Positions 17,300 through 27,284 of a DNA stretch of 40,086 nt are shown piece after piece. Position 1 is the stretch's first letter, and the number at the start of each line of letters is the position of its first letter. The stretch is from UHGV virus genome UHGV-0038373, one strand, 5' to 3'. The stretch is from a virus. A program made the position numbers and the translations under genes. The notes below the pieces were generated by a model that saw only the letters and a list, made by a program, of their open reading frames with translations, was not told where the DNA came from and did not search any database.

Positions 17300-19591
17300 T
17301 TAGTCAATATAATTTTTAACTTCAACTGGTTTGAACCCTTGTAATTCTCGTTCATGATGTGCTTGTTCAATACGTTCTTTCCAATTTTCACCGAACCATA
17401 GTTCAAGTGTATCTTCTACTTGGTCAATATAGTATTGTTTGTCAACTTCATCAATTGTAATACCTTCGCCAATCGCTTCATTACTGATTGTGTAGTATTC
17501 TGGTGCGTTTGCCAGTCCTTTTGTATATGAAATGTTATCCTTAAATTCATCTGCTTCAATATCTAATAATTGACCTTCTTTGACCTTAAACAATTCTACT
17601 GCATTAGTTTTGTCTTTTACTGCGAATACACGGTTAACCTTTTGTGCGTTGAACTCATTACCTTCACTATCACGTGCAACCGTTCTATCAAAGGTCCAGC
17701 CTGTTTTAGTAATAATTTGAAACTGTCTTAGTTCATTACATTCATTGATAAACTCTTTATAATCTTTACCAGCTACCAGATAATTAATGAACGCATTTGA
17801 TACAATCGCTTTTGATACTTTCATACCACCTGTTAAGCCAATAGCACCTTTTACTTTTACTTTTCCATTTGGTTGTACTGCAATATAATTATTTACATCT
17901 TTTTGCCAAATTTCACGGAACATGTCTTTATCTAGTGTAAGTCCAATCTTGTTAGCAAATTCATCTAATGCTTCATCAATACCTTTATCATCTGCTTCAC
18001 TGTTTGGAATATATGCGTGTGCGTCCGTATTTGATTGAATAAACTGTGCTTTACCTTTAATCAATTCATACATGTTTGTCATAATCAATTGACCAGTGGC
18101 ACAAACTAAGAATTGGTTTCTTGGGTCATATAAACCATTAAACTGCGCACCAGTGGCACCAAACTTAGTATTCAATGGTAACTTGATACCGTTAATCATT
18201 ACATATGTTGGTACCTCTACACCTTTAATGTTTGCCACTTCTTCACCTGAATACTTGGCGTCCATACGTTGTTTTAGTAAATCACCGTAGCGGTGAATCT
18301 TATCCTTTGGAATATTTCTTGATAGTAAATTAAATTGTTCCATTGTGTTTGGATATAGTGAACCCCAGTCACGCATTGGGAACATTCCAATGTGAATGTA
18401 ACTAGCTTTAGCACCATGTACACCACCACTACCAAAAATCATTGTATAACCATCTTCATCTGTGTACTCTAATGACACATTCAATTTACCATCTTCATTT
18501 AATTCAAACTCATGGTTCAAGTATGCTTCTGCAATCTCTTTTGTATTAATATTTAATCGTTTATCTAATTCTAATGGGTCTGTCAAGTCTGGTCTAACTT
18601 CTTGTTTAGTTGCACCAAGTAACTTAGCTGTTAAGTTAGCATTTGTTTGTAATAGGTCTGTCTTATCCATGTCAAACATTAGAGCAATTGTTGCTTTAGC
18701 CAATAACATACCAATGTTTTGTTCAAAACGTTTTTCAGTTGCTAACACATCATTTTTACAGTATGCAATATTTTTCTCTTTCTCTTCATCTGTCAATGGT
18801 CTATCCATGTCAAAATCCACTTCTGTTTCTTTAATGTTGATACCTAAGAATGCTGAATGCTCTTTTAAGCTAAAGCCTTTGTTATCTTGGTATAGGTCCA
18901 TGCCAAACAATGGTGTTTTATGACTATCAAACATCTTGTACACTAGACCTCTATTATCTGATTCAATAATTGTCTTAGACATCTGATAAGCGTTTTTGTC
19001 TTGTAAATATCCACGCATTACATTGTTGTCATATGACGCATTATTATAGCCAATAAACATTGAATCACGGTATTCAAGATAAAACTTGCGTAATTCGTCA
19101 AGGTTATTATTAATGATAAACCATTCTTTGGTAAAGTAATCACGAAATACAAATAAGCTATCATGTTTAAAAATCTCAATATCAAATAATAAAATGGTTT
19201 GCTTTGTCAATGGTTCACTAGGTTTAAATGGTGTTCCATTACCTTTTGAAATACTTCTAATAGGTTTGACTGTAGCAAAACCATTGCTAAATTTCAAGTC
19301 AATTAATAAACGGTCACCAACTTCAACATTTTTCCATTTATCCCAGTCATATTTGCGAAACTTCATGATGTAGCTTGTAACGTCCCTACCATCTTCTAAT
19401 GATCGCATTTTAACTACCTTCATTTCTTTTCCTTTTGCTGATAACTTTTTGGTAGATTCAAAGACAACCACATCATGTTGACCAGCTCTCATTGGGTCAA
19501 GACTTCGTGAATTACCTTTTAAATTGCTGAATACCTCCAATAATTTTTCAGCTAGTTCTGGTGCCTTTTTAAATTCTGCAATGTTCTTCAT
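17300..19591 (-). CDS. family B DNA polymerase (3'-5' exonuclease plus polymerase domains) with an approximately 130-aa N-terminal extension of unknown function
   Basis: Exo I 'LLFDIEIF', Exo II 'YNNASYDNNVMRGYL', Exo III 'YCKNDVLAT'. Pol motif A 'DWGSLYPNTM', motif B 'KLPLNTKFGATG', motif C region 'IQSNTDAHAY'. Confidence 0.75.
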   Translation of the reverse strand: MKNIAEFKKAPELAEKLLEVFSNLKGNSRSLDPMRAGQHDVVVFESTKKLSAKGKEMKVVKMRSLEDGRDVTSYIMKFRKYDWDKWKNVEVGDRLLIDLKFSNGFATVKPIRSISKGNGTPFKPSEPLTKQTILLFDIEIFKHDSLFVFRDYFTKEWFIINNNLDELRKFYLEYRDSMFIGYNNASYDNNVMRGYLQDKNAYQMSKTIIESDNRGLVYKMFDSHKTPLFGMDLYQDNKGFSLKEHSAFLGINIKETEVDFDMDRPLTDEEKEKNIAYCKNDVLATEKRFEQNIGMLLAKATIALMFDMDKTDLLQTNANLTAKLLGATKQEVRPDLTDPLELDKRLNINTKEIAEAYLNHEFELNEDGKLNVSLEYTDEDGYTMIFGSGGVHGAKASYIHIGMFPMRDWGSLYPNTMEQFNLLSRNIPKDKIHRYGDLLKQRMDAKYSGEEVANIKGVEVPTYVMINGIKLPLNTKFGATGAQFNGLYDPRNQFLVCATGQLIMTNMYELIKGKAQFIQSNTDAHAYIPNSEADDKGIDEALDEFANKIGLTLDKDMFREIWQKDVNNYIAVQPNGKVKVKGAIGLTGGMKVSKAIVSNAFINYLVAGKDYKEFINECNELRQFQIITKTGWTFDRTVARDSEGNEFNAQKVNRVFAVKDKTNAVELFKVKEGQLLDIEADEFKDNISYTKGLANAPEYYTISNEAIGEGITIDEVDKQYYIDQVEDTLELWFGENWKERIEQAHHERELQGFKPVEVKNYID

Positions 19592-19623
19592 ATATTTAAT
19601 TCCTCCAATTTGTTTATACTACT

Positions 19624-19652
19624 ATCTTACTTTATTAATGTGATTCTGTCAA
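19624..19652 (-). promoter_or_regulatory. sigma-70-like promoter for the polB gene (TTGACA-N17-TAAGAT)
   Basis: Read on the minus strand. Followed by a GGAGG RBS and the ATG at 19591. Confidence 0.5.
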
Positions 19653-19851
19653 GTGTTTTTGTTGCTAATTTCAACTCACGTTGTAAGAAACCTTCTGTTG
19701 CTCCGTTTGCGAATCTACAGATAAGTTCTACACCATCAATAGGCTTAAATGCTTTAGCTAAGATATATGCTTTATCACCTTTGCTACCAATACCATTGTG
19801 GTTATCGTTTTTAAGTTCTACATAATTACCTACATTAAATGTGTTTTTCAT
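19627..19851 (-). CDS. hypothetical protein (74 aa)
   Basis: ORF with RBS. No recognisable motifs. Coordinates overlap the polB promoter, so this call is uncertain. Confidence 0.35.
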   Translation of the reverse strand: MKNTFNVGNYVELKNDNHNGIGSKGDKAYILAKAFKPIDGVELICRFANGATEGFLQRELKLATKTLDRITLIK

Positions 19852-19921
19852 TGTTACTACCTCCTATATGTATATAATAACAAAACCCCTAACATAAGTC
19901 AAGGGTTTTGTTTGTTTATTT

Positions 19922-20629
19922 TTAGAATGGTAAATCATCAGCTGTAATGTCAATTGAGTGATAAACTTCTTCAACTGGTTTTTGTTCTGGTTGGTCCTCT
20001 GGGTCAAGAGGTAATGCTTCTAACCAACCAACGTTGCTTGTTGGGTCTAATTGATTTTTATTAACTGTAACATCAACAACCATTCCAACCGCTTTTTCTG
20101 CTGTTTCCCATTCCACACCTACATCTTCAAATAGTTCGTTGAATCGCGCTTTTGCTTTTCCAAGTTTAGCCATGTTAGGAATGAACATTTCTTTTTTAGC
20201 AACCCATACCCCTGTGTTGAAGTTGAATGCGTAGTGCTTACCTTTATGTTCAATAACTACTGAACGTCCTTTAGGTGAATCTTGAATTGCAACAATAGGT
20301 GCTTTCTTAATACGTTTTAAGCTAACCAGTGGTTTCTCAATTTTGATAAATCCAGAACCTTCTGTAAAGTATGCTTTACCTGTTTGTTCATCAACGTATA
20401 ACTCAATAGTGTTATCTTCTTCAAATGAGCCACCAGCAACTTCTAGTGCTTCATTATATTTTTTCATAGCTTCTTCTGAATCTTCCCATTCTTCTGTGTC
20501 TTTGTTATATTGTTGTTTGTACGCTACTGCGTCATACATTGCTGAATAATCTTCTTTCGCAACTTGTAATTTAGTTGAAATTTCTGAATCCTCTACACTC
20601 ACGATAACTAATTTTTGTAATTCTGACAT
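19922..20629 (-). CDS. putative ssDNA-binding / recombination-associated protein with an SSB-like acidic C-terminal tail (..ADDLPF)
   Basis: 235 aa, acidic, ending ITADDLPF. This resembles the partner-recruiting C-terminal tip (DDIPF) of bacterial and phage SSBs. The body is not a canonical OB-fold SSB. Confidence 0.4.
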   Translation of the reverse strand: MSELQKLVIVSVEDSEISTKLQVAKEDYSAMYDAVAYKQQYNKDTEEWEDSEEAMKKYNEALEVAGGSFEEDNTIELYVDEQTGKAYFTEGSGFIKIEKPLVSLKRIKKAPIVAIQDSPKGRSVVIEHKGKHYAFNFNTGVWVAKKEMFIPNMAKLGKAKARFNELFEDVGVEWETAEKAVGMVVDVTVNKNQLDPTSNVGWLEALPLDPEDQPEQKPVEEVYHSIDITADDLPF

Positions 20630-20705
20630 AATAAAATTCCTCCAATAATTTGTTTTTATTTTTACTACTTAAATAGTATAACATACTTTCCCTAACTTGT
20701 GTACC

Positions 20706-20951
20706 TTATTTTCCAAATAAAATATATTTCTTTTTACAATTTATAAATACATTTACTAGTTCCAATCCACCATCTTCATATACGCTACCTCTAATAATGG
20801 TTTCATCATCATTTGAAACCATGTTGAACACATAAAATCCATACCATATATCGTCAATCCATAATTGTTGACTAATAGAGTTTACACCAATTACTAACTT
20901 TACATCACGCTTACCATTTAAGTCATGTAACTTCCAATCAAATAAACCCAT
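20706..20951 (-). CDS. hypothetical protein (81 aa)
   Basis: ORF only. Confidence 0.3.
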   Translation of the reverse strand: MGLFDWKLHDLNGKRDVKLVIGVNSISQQLWIDDIWYGFYVFNMVSNDDETIIRGSVYEDGGLELVNVFINCKKKYILFGK

Positions 20952-21770
20952 TTAAATTTCCTCCCATTCAATACCTAATTGTTTTAGTTTGGCTAAGTCT
21001 GATGTCTTAACCTTAATGTTAGTATAACTCACTTCAACTGGTTTGTCAACAACTTTATCTTCATTTCCTGTTAAAATTACAATATCAGGAACTTTTGTTT
21101 CTCTTACTCGTTGTTGTTCCTTTTCAAGTCGTTCACGTTCTGACTTCATTTCTTTAAATTCTTCAATAGCTTCACTCATATTGAAACCATTTCTTGAATA
21201 TGCAATAAGTATTGCCATGCGGTCATCTTTATCTGTTACCTGTTCTTTCAGGTCTGAATAGTCTTGTTTAAACAGTTCAAAATACATTACAACCGCCTGT
21301 GTGATTGTCTTTTGTGACGTTGCTTTGTTAGTTACTAAACTTCTATTTTTGGCAATGAACTTATCAAAAGATAGCCATTGTGGCGCATTATATGAAGCTT
21401 GGTACTTATTGAAAAGTTGCTCAATTTGTAATGTACGTTCTTTTTGTTCTTGCTCGTTGAACGTTTTAATTTGTACATTGACATGTTCTATACCTTCCTT
21501 TAGTACGTCCTTTAAAGTCTGAATCTTTTCGTTTAGTTCGTCATAAGGTGTCATAATTTCATTTTTAACTAGTTTACGTTGTGTGTCTAGCTCTCTAATT
21601 CGTTTATTGATTGTAGCTACTAGTTTTTTATTCTCTTTGATTGTTTCTTCTGTAACTTCTTGCTCTTTCATTTTATCAGCCAACTTCTGTGCGTCACTTA
21701 GTATTTTTTCATAGTCTGCAAATTCGATTGACTGAACACCATTGGTTTTAATTGCAATTTCAAATTCCAT
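20952..21770 (-). CDS. coiled-coil protein (272 aa), possibly DUF1351-like replication-module protein
   Basis: Long Lys/Glu-rich heptad-like regions. Position next to the SSB-tail protein, as in other Firmicutes phage replication modules. Confidence 0.35.
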   Translation of the reverse strand: MEFEIAIKTNGVQSIEFADYEKILSDAQKLADKMKEQEVTEETIKENKKLVATINKRIRELDTQRKLVKNEIMTPYDELNEKIQTLKDVLKEGIEHVNVQIKTFNEQEQKERTLQIEQLFNKYQASYNAPQWLSFDKFIAKNRSLVTNKATSQKTITQAVVMYFELFKQDYSDLKEQVTDKDDRMAILIAYSRNGFNMSEAIEEFKEMKSERERLEKEQQRVRETKVPDIVILTGNEDKVVDKPVEVSYTNIKVKTSDLAKLKQLGIEWEEI

Positions 21771-21960
21771 TGCGTTCGTCCTCCGCTTTCAATCGTAGCC
21801 ACTTAGCTTTGAAAATCTCGTTAAATGTGAACCCCGTTTTAATTAGGTCCGTTCGTTCTTCAAGTGTTGCTATTAAGTTGTTAGTTGTGAACCCATAATC
21901 TAACATTAATAACACCTTATAATTAGTTTCGTAATTTACTTTTGATTTTTCTGTTTCCAT
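21760..21960 (-). CDS. hypothetical protein (66 aa)
   Basis: ORF overlapping its neighbours (coupled). Confidence 0.3.
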   Translation of the reverse strand: METEKSKVNYETNYKVLLMLDYGFTTNNLIATLEERTDLIKTGFTFNEIFKAKWLRLKAEDERNGI

Positions 21961-22712
21961 TCTTCTACGTCCTCCATTGTAATTTTATTTTCATCTTTTT
22001 TAGTACGTTTGATTAGTCCTTCAAAAGTTGAATATGTTTCGCTTTGGTGTAATGGTACCACAATTGAACTTGGTTTGCAATACTTTTCTGTAAATTCTGT
22101 ATGTTCAGTTGATGATAAGTGACGATATGAACCGTTACTGAAAATATCAAAACCTGTGTGTGCTTTTGTTGATTCATAAAATTCAATTACTAAAGGATTG
22201 TAATTAGATTCTAACAGAAAGTAGTCTACTTGTAAAGCGTTTTTATCTAAATACTCCTGATAATCTATTGTAGTGCTTAAATCAGTTGCATATAATAATA
22301 CCTCTTGTGTTTCTGTATCTTCAATAATGAAGCCGTGACAGTCAACTAATTCTTCACCAGCGCCATGATAGTTCTGAATAGTTGTAAATTTCATTGTACC
22401 AATTTGAAACTGAAAGTTGTCACTAAAAACAACATCAGCTGGAATTTTTGCTTTTTCAAACATTAAGTTACTTACTTCTTCATTAGCTAAAATTTTAATG
22501 TTTGGAAAGTTTTCACGAATCTTCTTATAAACAGCTGGCTTAAAATGGTCACCATGTCTGTGCGTTACAATTAAGAAATGAACATCATATAAGAATGGTT
22601 CAATGTATTTATATGGTTTACCAAAGTCTACTAAGATACCTAAATTGTTATTAAAGATTGATACTGCGTTTCCTTTACTTCCTGTGTAGTGTACGTTCCA
22701 TGTGAATGACAT
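21936..22712 (-). CDS. metallo-beta-lactamase-fold hydrolase
   Basis: HxHxDH motif 'VTHRHGDHF' near the N-terminus. Length 258 aa. Confidence 0.7.
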   Translation of the reverse strand: MSFTWNVHYTGSKGNAVSIFNNNLGILVDFGKPYKYIEPFLYDVHFLIVTHRHGDHFKPAVYKKIRENFPNIKILANEEVSNLMFEKAKIPADVVFSDNFQFQIGTMKFTTIQNYHGAGEELVDCHGFIIEDTETQEVLLYATDLSTTIDYQEYLDKNALQVDYFLLESNYNPLVIEFYESTKAHTGFDIFSNGSYRHLSSTEHTEFTEKYCKPSSIVVPLHQSETYSTFEGLIKRTKKDENKITMEDVEEWKQKNQK

Positions 22713-22722
22713 TTGCTACCTC

Positions 22723-23202
22723 CTAATATTGAGATGGTGTATTGCGTTCAGACCATGAGTTGCCTTCTAATTCCCATAACTCTTTACCAAGTCGTTTAGC
22801 AGTATCCCACTCATCTTTATCAATACATTTGTTAATTTCAATAATTAATTTATGACGTTTATCCTCTACTTTTTTGCGCAGTGGACGTGCAACACGTTGT
22901 TTGCCTTCTTGTGGGTTAATAGCCCACCCAAGGTTGTTGCAGTGTGTGTTGTTAACATCACCATCTTTGTAATACAGGTAGCCTAGATTATCTTTATTTA
23001 GTACAAATGATTCAGCTACTAAGTTAGCAATAAAAAACTTACGTGTCTTGTTGTGTGAGCCTTCTAAGACCACATATGGTTTACCGTTATCCTCATATAA
23101 GTTCCAGACCGTTAAACCAGTGTCACGGTCTATTACATATCCCATGTTTGAAACTGCGTATCTATCATACGGTTCAAACAATGGTTCAAATTTTTCAATC
23201 AT
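22723..23202 (-). CDS. HNH homing endonuclease (NUMOD4 plus HNH_3)
   Basis: NUMOD4-like 'YAVSNMGYVID' N-terminal motif. HNH_3-like 'FIANLVAESF...THCNNLGW' region. Confidence 0.75.
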   Translation of the reverse strand: MIEKFEPLFEPYDRYAVSNMGYVIDRDTGLTVWNLYEDNGKPYVVLEGSHNKTRKFFIANLVAESFVLNKDNLGYLYYKDGDVNNTHCNNLGWAINPQEGKQRVARPLRKKVEDKRHKLIIEINKCIDKDEWDTAKRLGKELWELEGNSWSERNTPSQY

Positions 23203-23432
23203 TTAAGTTCCTCCATTAGTTTTTCTAGTTGCTCAATAGTTAAAACAATATCATTTTCTGGAATAGTAGTATCCATGCTAACCACTATATCACCATCTGG
23301 ATATTTTGTTGCTTCTAAATAGTCATCATCTTCTAAATTGCATTTTAACCTTATAGTTTTATATTTTCCAATTGGTCTATGAAATACTTCTACAGTTTCC
23401 ATATTACAACCCTCTTTCTTCAATATCTTCAA
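23199..23432 (-). CDS. hypothetical protein (77 aa)
   Basis: ORF, coupled overlap with neighbours. Confidence 0.3.
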   Translation of the reverse strand: MKILKKEGCNMETVEVFHRPIGKYKTIRLKCNLEDDDYLEATKYPDGDIVVSMDTTIPENDIVLTIEQLEKLMEELK

Positions 23433-23925
23433 TCAGCCAACTTAGGTAAGTTTTTGCTTTTTTAAGGTCCTCAAGACCGTTTTTGTGTTTATAACGTAAT
23501 GGATATTTTAGAATATTTCCTTCTAGGAAACCACGGTATTCTTCTTTTGTCATGTTAGCTTTCATTATTTGAATTGGTTGAATACCGTTAACTGTGTAAT
23601 GAATTTGATTGTCAATCAAATCTGATTCAAAATAAACTTCTACATCAGGTTCAACACCATCACATTTTGAATCATCTGACTGGTTTAAGTATTCATCATA
23701 TGTCATACTTTCTTCTTGTTCAGGTGCAACACCATCACATTTTGAATCTTCAAAATTAACTTCTAATTCAGGAATAACAAAATTGTTTTTAAAAGCACTC
23801 TCTGTAGTATATGTGTGTGTTCCGTCATGATATTTGACTTTCCACATACCACCTTGAACTTTATGTGCTACACCTTTTAAACCGTTGTCTTTGCGTTTTA
23901 CTACCATTCCATCTTGTAATTTCAT
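23404..23925 (-). CDS. DUF3310-like phage protein with an internal duplicated DSKCDGV(A/E)P motif
   Basis: C-terminal 'NILKYPLRYKHKNGLEDLKKAKTYLSWLIEDIE' resembles the DUF3310 signature. Tandem DSKCDGVAPEQEE / DSKCDGVEPDVE repeats. Confidence 0.4.
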   Translation of the reverse strand: MKLQDGMVVKRKDNGLKGVAHKVQGGMWKVKYHDGTHTYTTESAFKNNFVIPELEVNFEDSKCDGVAPEQEESMTYDEYLNQSDDSKCDGVEPDVEVYFESDLIDNQIHYTVNGIQPIQIMKANMTKEEYRGFLEGNILKYPLRYKHKNGLEDLKKAKTYLSWLIEDIEERGL

Positions 23926-23955
23926 AATTAATTCCTCCTAATGTTTTATAATTAT

Positions 23956-23984
23956 TATTGTATCATATTGACGTTTATTTGTCA
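23956..23984 (-). promoter_or_regulatory. sigma-70-like promoter (TTGACA-N17-TACAAT) for the 23404-23925 operon
   Basis: Read on the minus strand. Confidence 0.5.
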
Positions 23985-24057
23985 ACACAAAACTTTTATT
24001 TTATGATATAATATATTTATAGCAAAGGTGATTCCTCCCACCTTCAACTATCTTAGG

Positions 24058-24083
24058 TCAACTCGTATGAGTTGGCTTTTTTT
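24058..24083 (+). terminator. plus-strand-oriented terminator-like hairpin inside the minus-strand module
   Basis: CAACTCGTATGAGTTGG followed by a T7 run on the plus strand. Confidence 0.4.
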
Positions 24084-24085
24084 GT

Positions 24086-24301
24086 TTACCACTTTAATAC
24101 TTCACCAATATATTTAAACACTTCACTTGCTTTTTCAATATTTTCAAAACTTACAAAACCGGATTCAATATGTTGTATCATTACTGAATATTTATAATCT
24201 GTACTATACATATCATTAAATCCATTTGGGTTAAATTTTACATCAACAAGCCAACCGTTTGGAAATTCTTTTCTAAACATATGAGAGCTATTCATTGTCA
24301 T
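24086..24301 (-). CDS. hypothetical protein (track ORF 24086-24340; probable internal start)
   Basis: AAGGAAG RBS before the MTMNSSH start. Confidence 0.3.
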   Translation of the reverse strand: MTMNSSHMFRKEFPNGWLVDVKFNPNGFNDMYSTDYKYSVMIQHIESGFVSFENIEKASEVFKYIGEVLKW

Positions 24302-25022
24302 CACCAATTCTTCCTTTAGCAATATTATAATAAGTTTCATCTAATTCAATACCAATGAAATTTCTATTTGTGTTTTTACATGCAATACCTGTTGAACCAC
24401 TACCCATTGTAAAATCAAGTATAGTATCCCCTTCATTAGTATAACTCTTTACCAACCATTCTAGTAAATCAACTGGTTTCTGTGTTGGGTGTACTCTTGA
24501 CTTACCTTCAGGATAGTTATATTGTCTAACTGTCTTTGGATACCTAACACCTTTGTTTGCATGTGGTGTCATGTAGCCACTACCTGTTATCTTGGTATTA
24601 CTGATGTTTCCATCACGTTTGTATGGTGTACCTTCATCCATTTGAGGATTATAGGTTGCCTGTTTCTTATAAAACACTGATATATTCTCATGGTTTGTTA
24701 TTGGTTTTCGTTTAGCACACATAAAATCAACACCTTTTTGTTTTTCCCAAATAATCTCATATCTAAATTCATCAATATTACTCATATTTAAAAAGCTAGA
24801 AAATGGTTGTTTACCAAACAATAGTGTAGGGGTATTATCATTTCTCTTTAACTTATTTATTCTATCCCACACCTCATTAAATGGAATAATATTATCCCAT
24901 TTGAAATCCTTCTTGTTTAAAATACCATATGGTGGGTCTGTAATAATACAATCAACCTTTATACCTTCGCTGATTAATTTATCCATAATTTCTAATGCGT
25001 CACCGTTATATAATTTATTCAT
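24288..25022 (-). CDS. DNA methyltransferase, beta class (N6-adenine or N4-cytosine), orphan
   Basis: N-terminal 'MNKLYNGDALEIM' and motif IV 'DPPY' precede motif I 'LDFTMGSGSTGIAC'. No adjacent restriction endonuclease. Probable start at the internal ATG (track ORF 24288-25064). Confidence 0.8.
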   Translation of the reverse strand: MNKLYNGDALEIMDKLISEGIKVDCIITDPPYGILNKKDFKWDNIIPFNEVWDRINKLKRNDNTPTLLFGKQPFSSFLNMSNIDEFRYEIIWEKQKGVDFMCAKRKPITNHENISVFYKKQATYNPQMDEGTPYKRDGNISNTKITGSGYMTPHANKGVRYPKTVRQYNYPEGKSRVHPTQKPVDLLEWLVKSYTNEGDTILDFTMGSGSTGIACKNTNRNFIGIELDETYYNIAKGRIGDDNE

Positions 25023-25758
25023 CTTTTGCCATTCTCCGTTCTTCTCGTTTTTTAACTGAATCATAGGTGCGTTTTAACTCTGTTCCGTCAAGAGGTGGGT
25101 TGCACCCAATTTGGTTTACATATTGTGACCATACCCACACTTCTTCATGTTCTAAGCCTGTAGCAAACAACTTACCAATCATTTGCGTTATCCAGTTGTT
25201 TCGTCCTCCTTCATCACTTCCAGCGATAATATCACCTAATAGGTTTGCAGTCCATTTGCGTTCACGTTTTTTGTTTTGCTTTTGAATTGTTTTATCTGTG
25301 AAAATATCAAACCATTTTGGAGGTAGGTCTGCAATTTGTGAATTGTCAATCACTTCATATTTTACACCTTCAATTGTTGAACCCCACCCAACAACATAGC
25401 GTCCATGTGTTTGGAAGTCAACACCTTCAAGTTCCTTATGGTTTTGAATGAATTGAACATCATTATATTTTTCAGGTAGCTTGTAATACATGTGAAGTCC
25501 ACCACTTGGTGTCATAACTGTTTTAGTGTCTGGTAACTCAATATCATACTTTTCGCAAAACTCTTTAAGGTTATCAGCACCACTAACACCATTATGTGTG
25601 TCAATATCAATCACTGCAATACCTGAAATTTTACCAGTTAGGATACCATAGTTACCGCCCTCTGCAACCCATTTTTTTACTTCTGCTTTATCTTCACCAT
25701 TGAAAGCATTTGCTTTATATGGTGCTTTTCCGTTTTTTCTAAGTCTTAATAGTTCCAT
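25015..25758 (-). CDS. primase-polymerase (Prim-Pol N-terminal domain) plus PriCT_1 primase C-terminal domain
   Basis: 'GIAVIDIDTH' and 'GGLHMYY' motifs of bifunctional Prim-Pol. C-terminal 'GGRNNWITQMIGKLFATG...EEVWVW' PriCT_1-like region. Confidence 0.75.
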   Translation of the reverse strand: MELLRLRKNGKAPYKANAFNGEDKAEVKKWVAEGGNYGILTGKISGIAVIDIDTHNGVSGADNLKEFCEKYDIELPDTKTVMTPSGGLHMYYKLPEKYNDVQFIQNHKELEGVDFQTHGRYVVGWGSTIEGVKYEVIDNSQIADLPPKWFDIFTDKTIQKQNKKRERKWTANLLGDIIAGSDEGGRNNWITQMIGKLFATGLEHEEVWVWSQYVNQIGCNPPLDGTELKRTYDSVKKREERRMAKDE

Positions 25759-25782
25759 TGTTTATCCTCCCTTATTTTATGT

Positions 25783-25815
25783 ACCTACTATATCACATGA
25801 TATAGTAGTTGTCAA
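25783..25815 (-). promoter_or_regulatory. promoter with palindromic operator, copy 1 (TTGACA-N17-TATAGT inside ACCTACTATA-N8-TATAGTAG)
   Basis: Minus-strand TTGACAactactatatcatgtgaTATAGT. The inverted repeat overlaps the spacer and -10. Drives the Prim-Pol operon. Confidence 0.6.
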
Positions 25816-25988
25816 CTATTTAATTGTATAAAATACTAATTTATCTAATTTTAATGTGAATGTTTCTGAATCACCAAACTTAATTTCTAAAAAACGTTGT
25901 GTGATATATACGCCTGTAACATTAGTAAATAAGATATTTCTATTATCTTCGCCAGCCATAAAATTTACTGTTACTTCATTTAATTTTT

Positions 25989-27284
25989 TCATTTTAAAAT
26001 ATCCTCCATCATTTCATTAGTAAAGTCTTTTCCATTTGTTACTGTTTCAAAAATCTTTTTCTCTGTTGGTGTTTCAGGCAAAATATGGTAGTACATAGGT
26101 GTCTTAGTTTGACCATAACGGTCTGTGCGTGCCTTGGATTGTTCATAATTGATTGATTCTAAAGGCATTGAATTGTAAATTGTCACATTCGCAATAACAA
26201 AGTCATTAATACCTGTAGAGGCTGATTTGTAGTGTGCTAGCACAACTCCGTTGTCTTTACCTTTAAATGCCTTTAAGTCTTTGCTAGCACCGTTATATTG
26301 GCTATATGGGCGTTTTAACTTGTCTAATACTTGTTTCAACATTTCAACTTCTACATTGTAATTATAAAATATAACTATTCGTTCATCATTGTGTGTTTCA
26401 ATAATCTGGTTCAGTCGTTCAAATGGTTCTTTACTTACCTGTTTATTGATTCCTAACAAGAAACCATGTGACACACAACGCATTGCATTAAATAGTTTAC
26501 TACTATTATCTAATTCAATAACTTCACCGTTATCAGCTTTGTACATGCGGTTCTTTTTCAATTTAGCGTACATTGCTGGCTTCTTAGTCTTTAATACATA
26601 ATCTTCTGGGAAGTAGTCTTTATCACGCTTAAAACGAACAGCAACACTATTTATCATATCATTTAATAAATGCTCGTTCTGATACCCAACAATTTGCATG
26701 AATCTCATTGAACCCATTTGGCGCATTTGCTTAATAACAAATAGTTCTTCAAACTCTTTTTTAGGCTTGCGGAATACATTAAGCATATATAGTTGTGGAT
26801 AATAATTTTCAAGTTTTCCATTACTAACTGGTGTTGCTGTTAATAGTCTAACATACTTGGTTTTCTTTGTCAACTTCATTACAAACTTGGTAACATTAGA
26901 ACTTGTTACACCAACTTTGTGCGCTTCATCAATAATTATAAATGTGTCTTTATCAACCCACTTCAATAATTCAGTGATACGCCAAACACTTTCAAAACTG
27001 ATTGCCACTTTATCTGATTCAGCTAATAACACTTTGTTTTTCTTTGTTCCTTTATTTAGTGGTGTAATAGCAATATCCATCAATGCACCATCTTCTCCAA
27101 AGTCTGCAACCTTAGGTGCTAAACAGATAACTAATAACTTACTGCACCCAGATTGCAGGTAGGCACCTAATGCAGTGAATGTCTTACCTGTTCCAGCATC
27201 TGATAAATCGTAAGGGTGTGTATTCCATTTCTTAATACCTTCAACTTGTGTTGGTAATAATTCAATTTTTCCAATCTTAGTCAT
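25989..27284 (-). CDS. DEAH-box / SNF2-like superfamily-2 helicase
   Basis: Walker A 'DAGTGKT', DEAH box 'IIIDEAHKV', C-terminal helicase domain. Likely start MTKIGK at 27284 with a GGAGG RBS (track ORF extends to 27374). Confidence 0.75.
   Translation of the reverse strand: MTKIGKIELLPTQVEGIKKWNTHPYDLSDAGTGKTFTALGAYLQSGCSKLLVICLAPKVADFGEDGALMDIAITPLNKGTKKNKVLLAESDKVAISFESVWRITELLKWVDKDTFIIIDEAHKVGVTSSNVTKFVMKLTKKTKYVRLLTATPVSNGKLENYYPQLYMLNVFRKPKKEFEELFVIKQMRQMGSMRFMQIVGYQNEHLLNDMINSVAVRFKRDKDYFPEDYVLKTKKPAMYAKLKKNRMYKADNGEVIELDNSSKLFNAMRCVSHGFLLGINKQVSKEPFERLNQIIETHNDERIVIFYNYNVEVEMLKQVLDKLKRPYSQYNGASKDLKAFKGKDNGVVLAHYKSASTGINDFVIANVTIYNSMPLESINYEQSKARTDRYGQTKTPMYYHILPETPTEKKIFETVTNGKDFTNEMMEDILK

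Noticed and set aside
18096-18923. Plus-strand ORFs (64 aa, 153 aa) inside the polB gene
   Set aside because: Antisense to PolB. Low-complexity Ser/Asn/Leu-rich. No start context.
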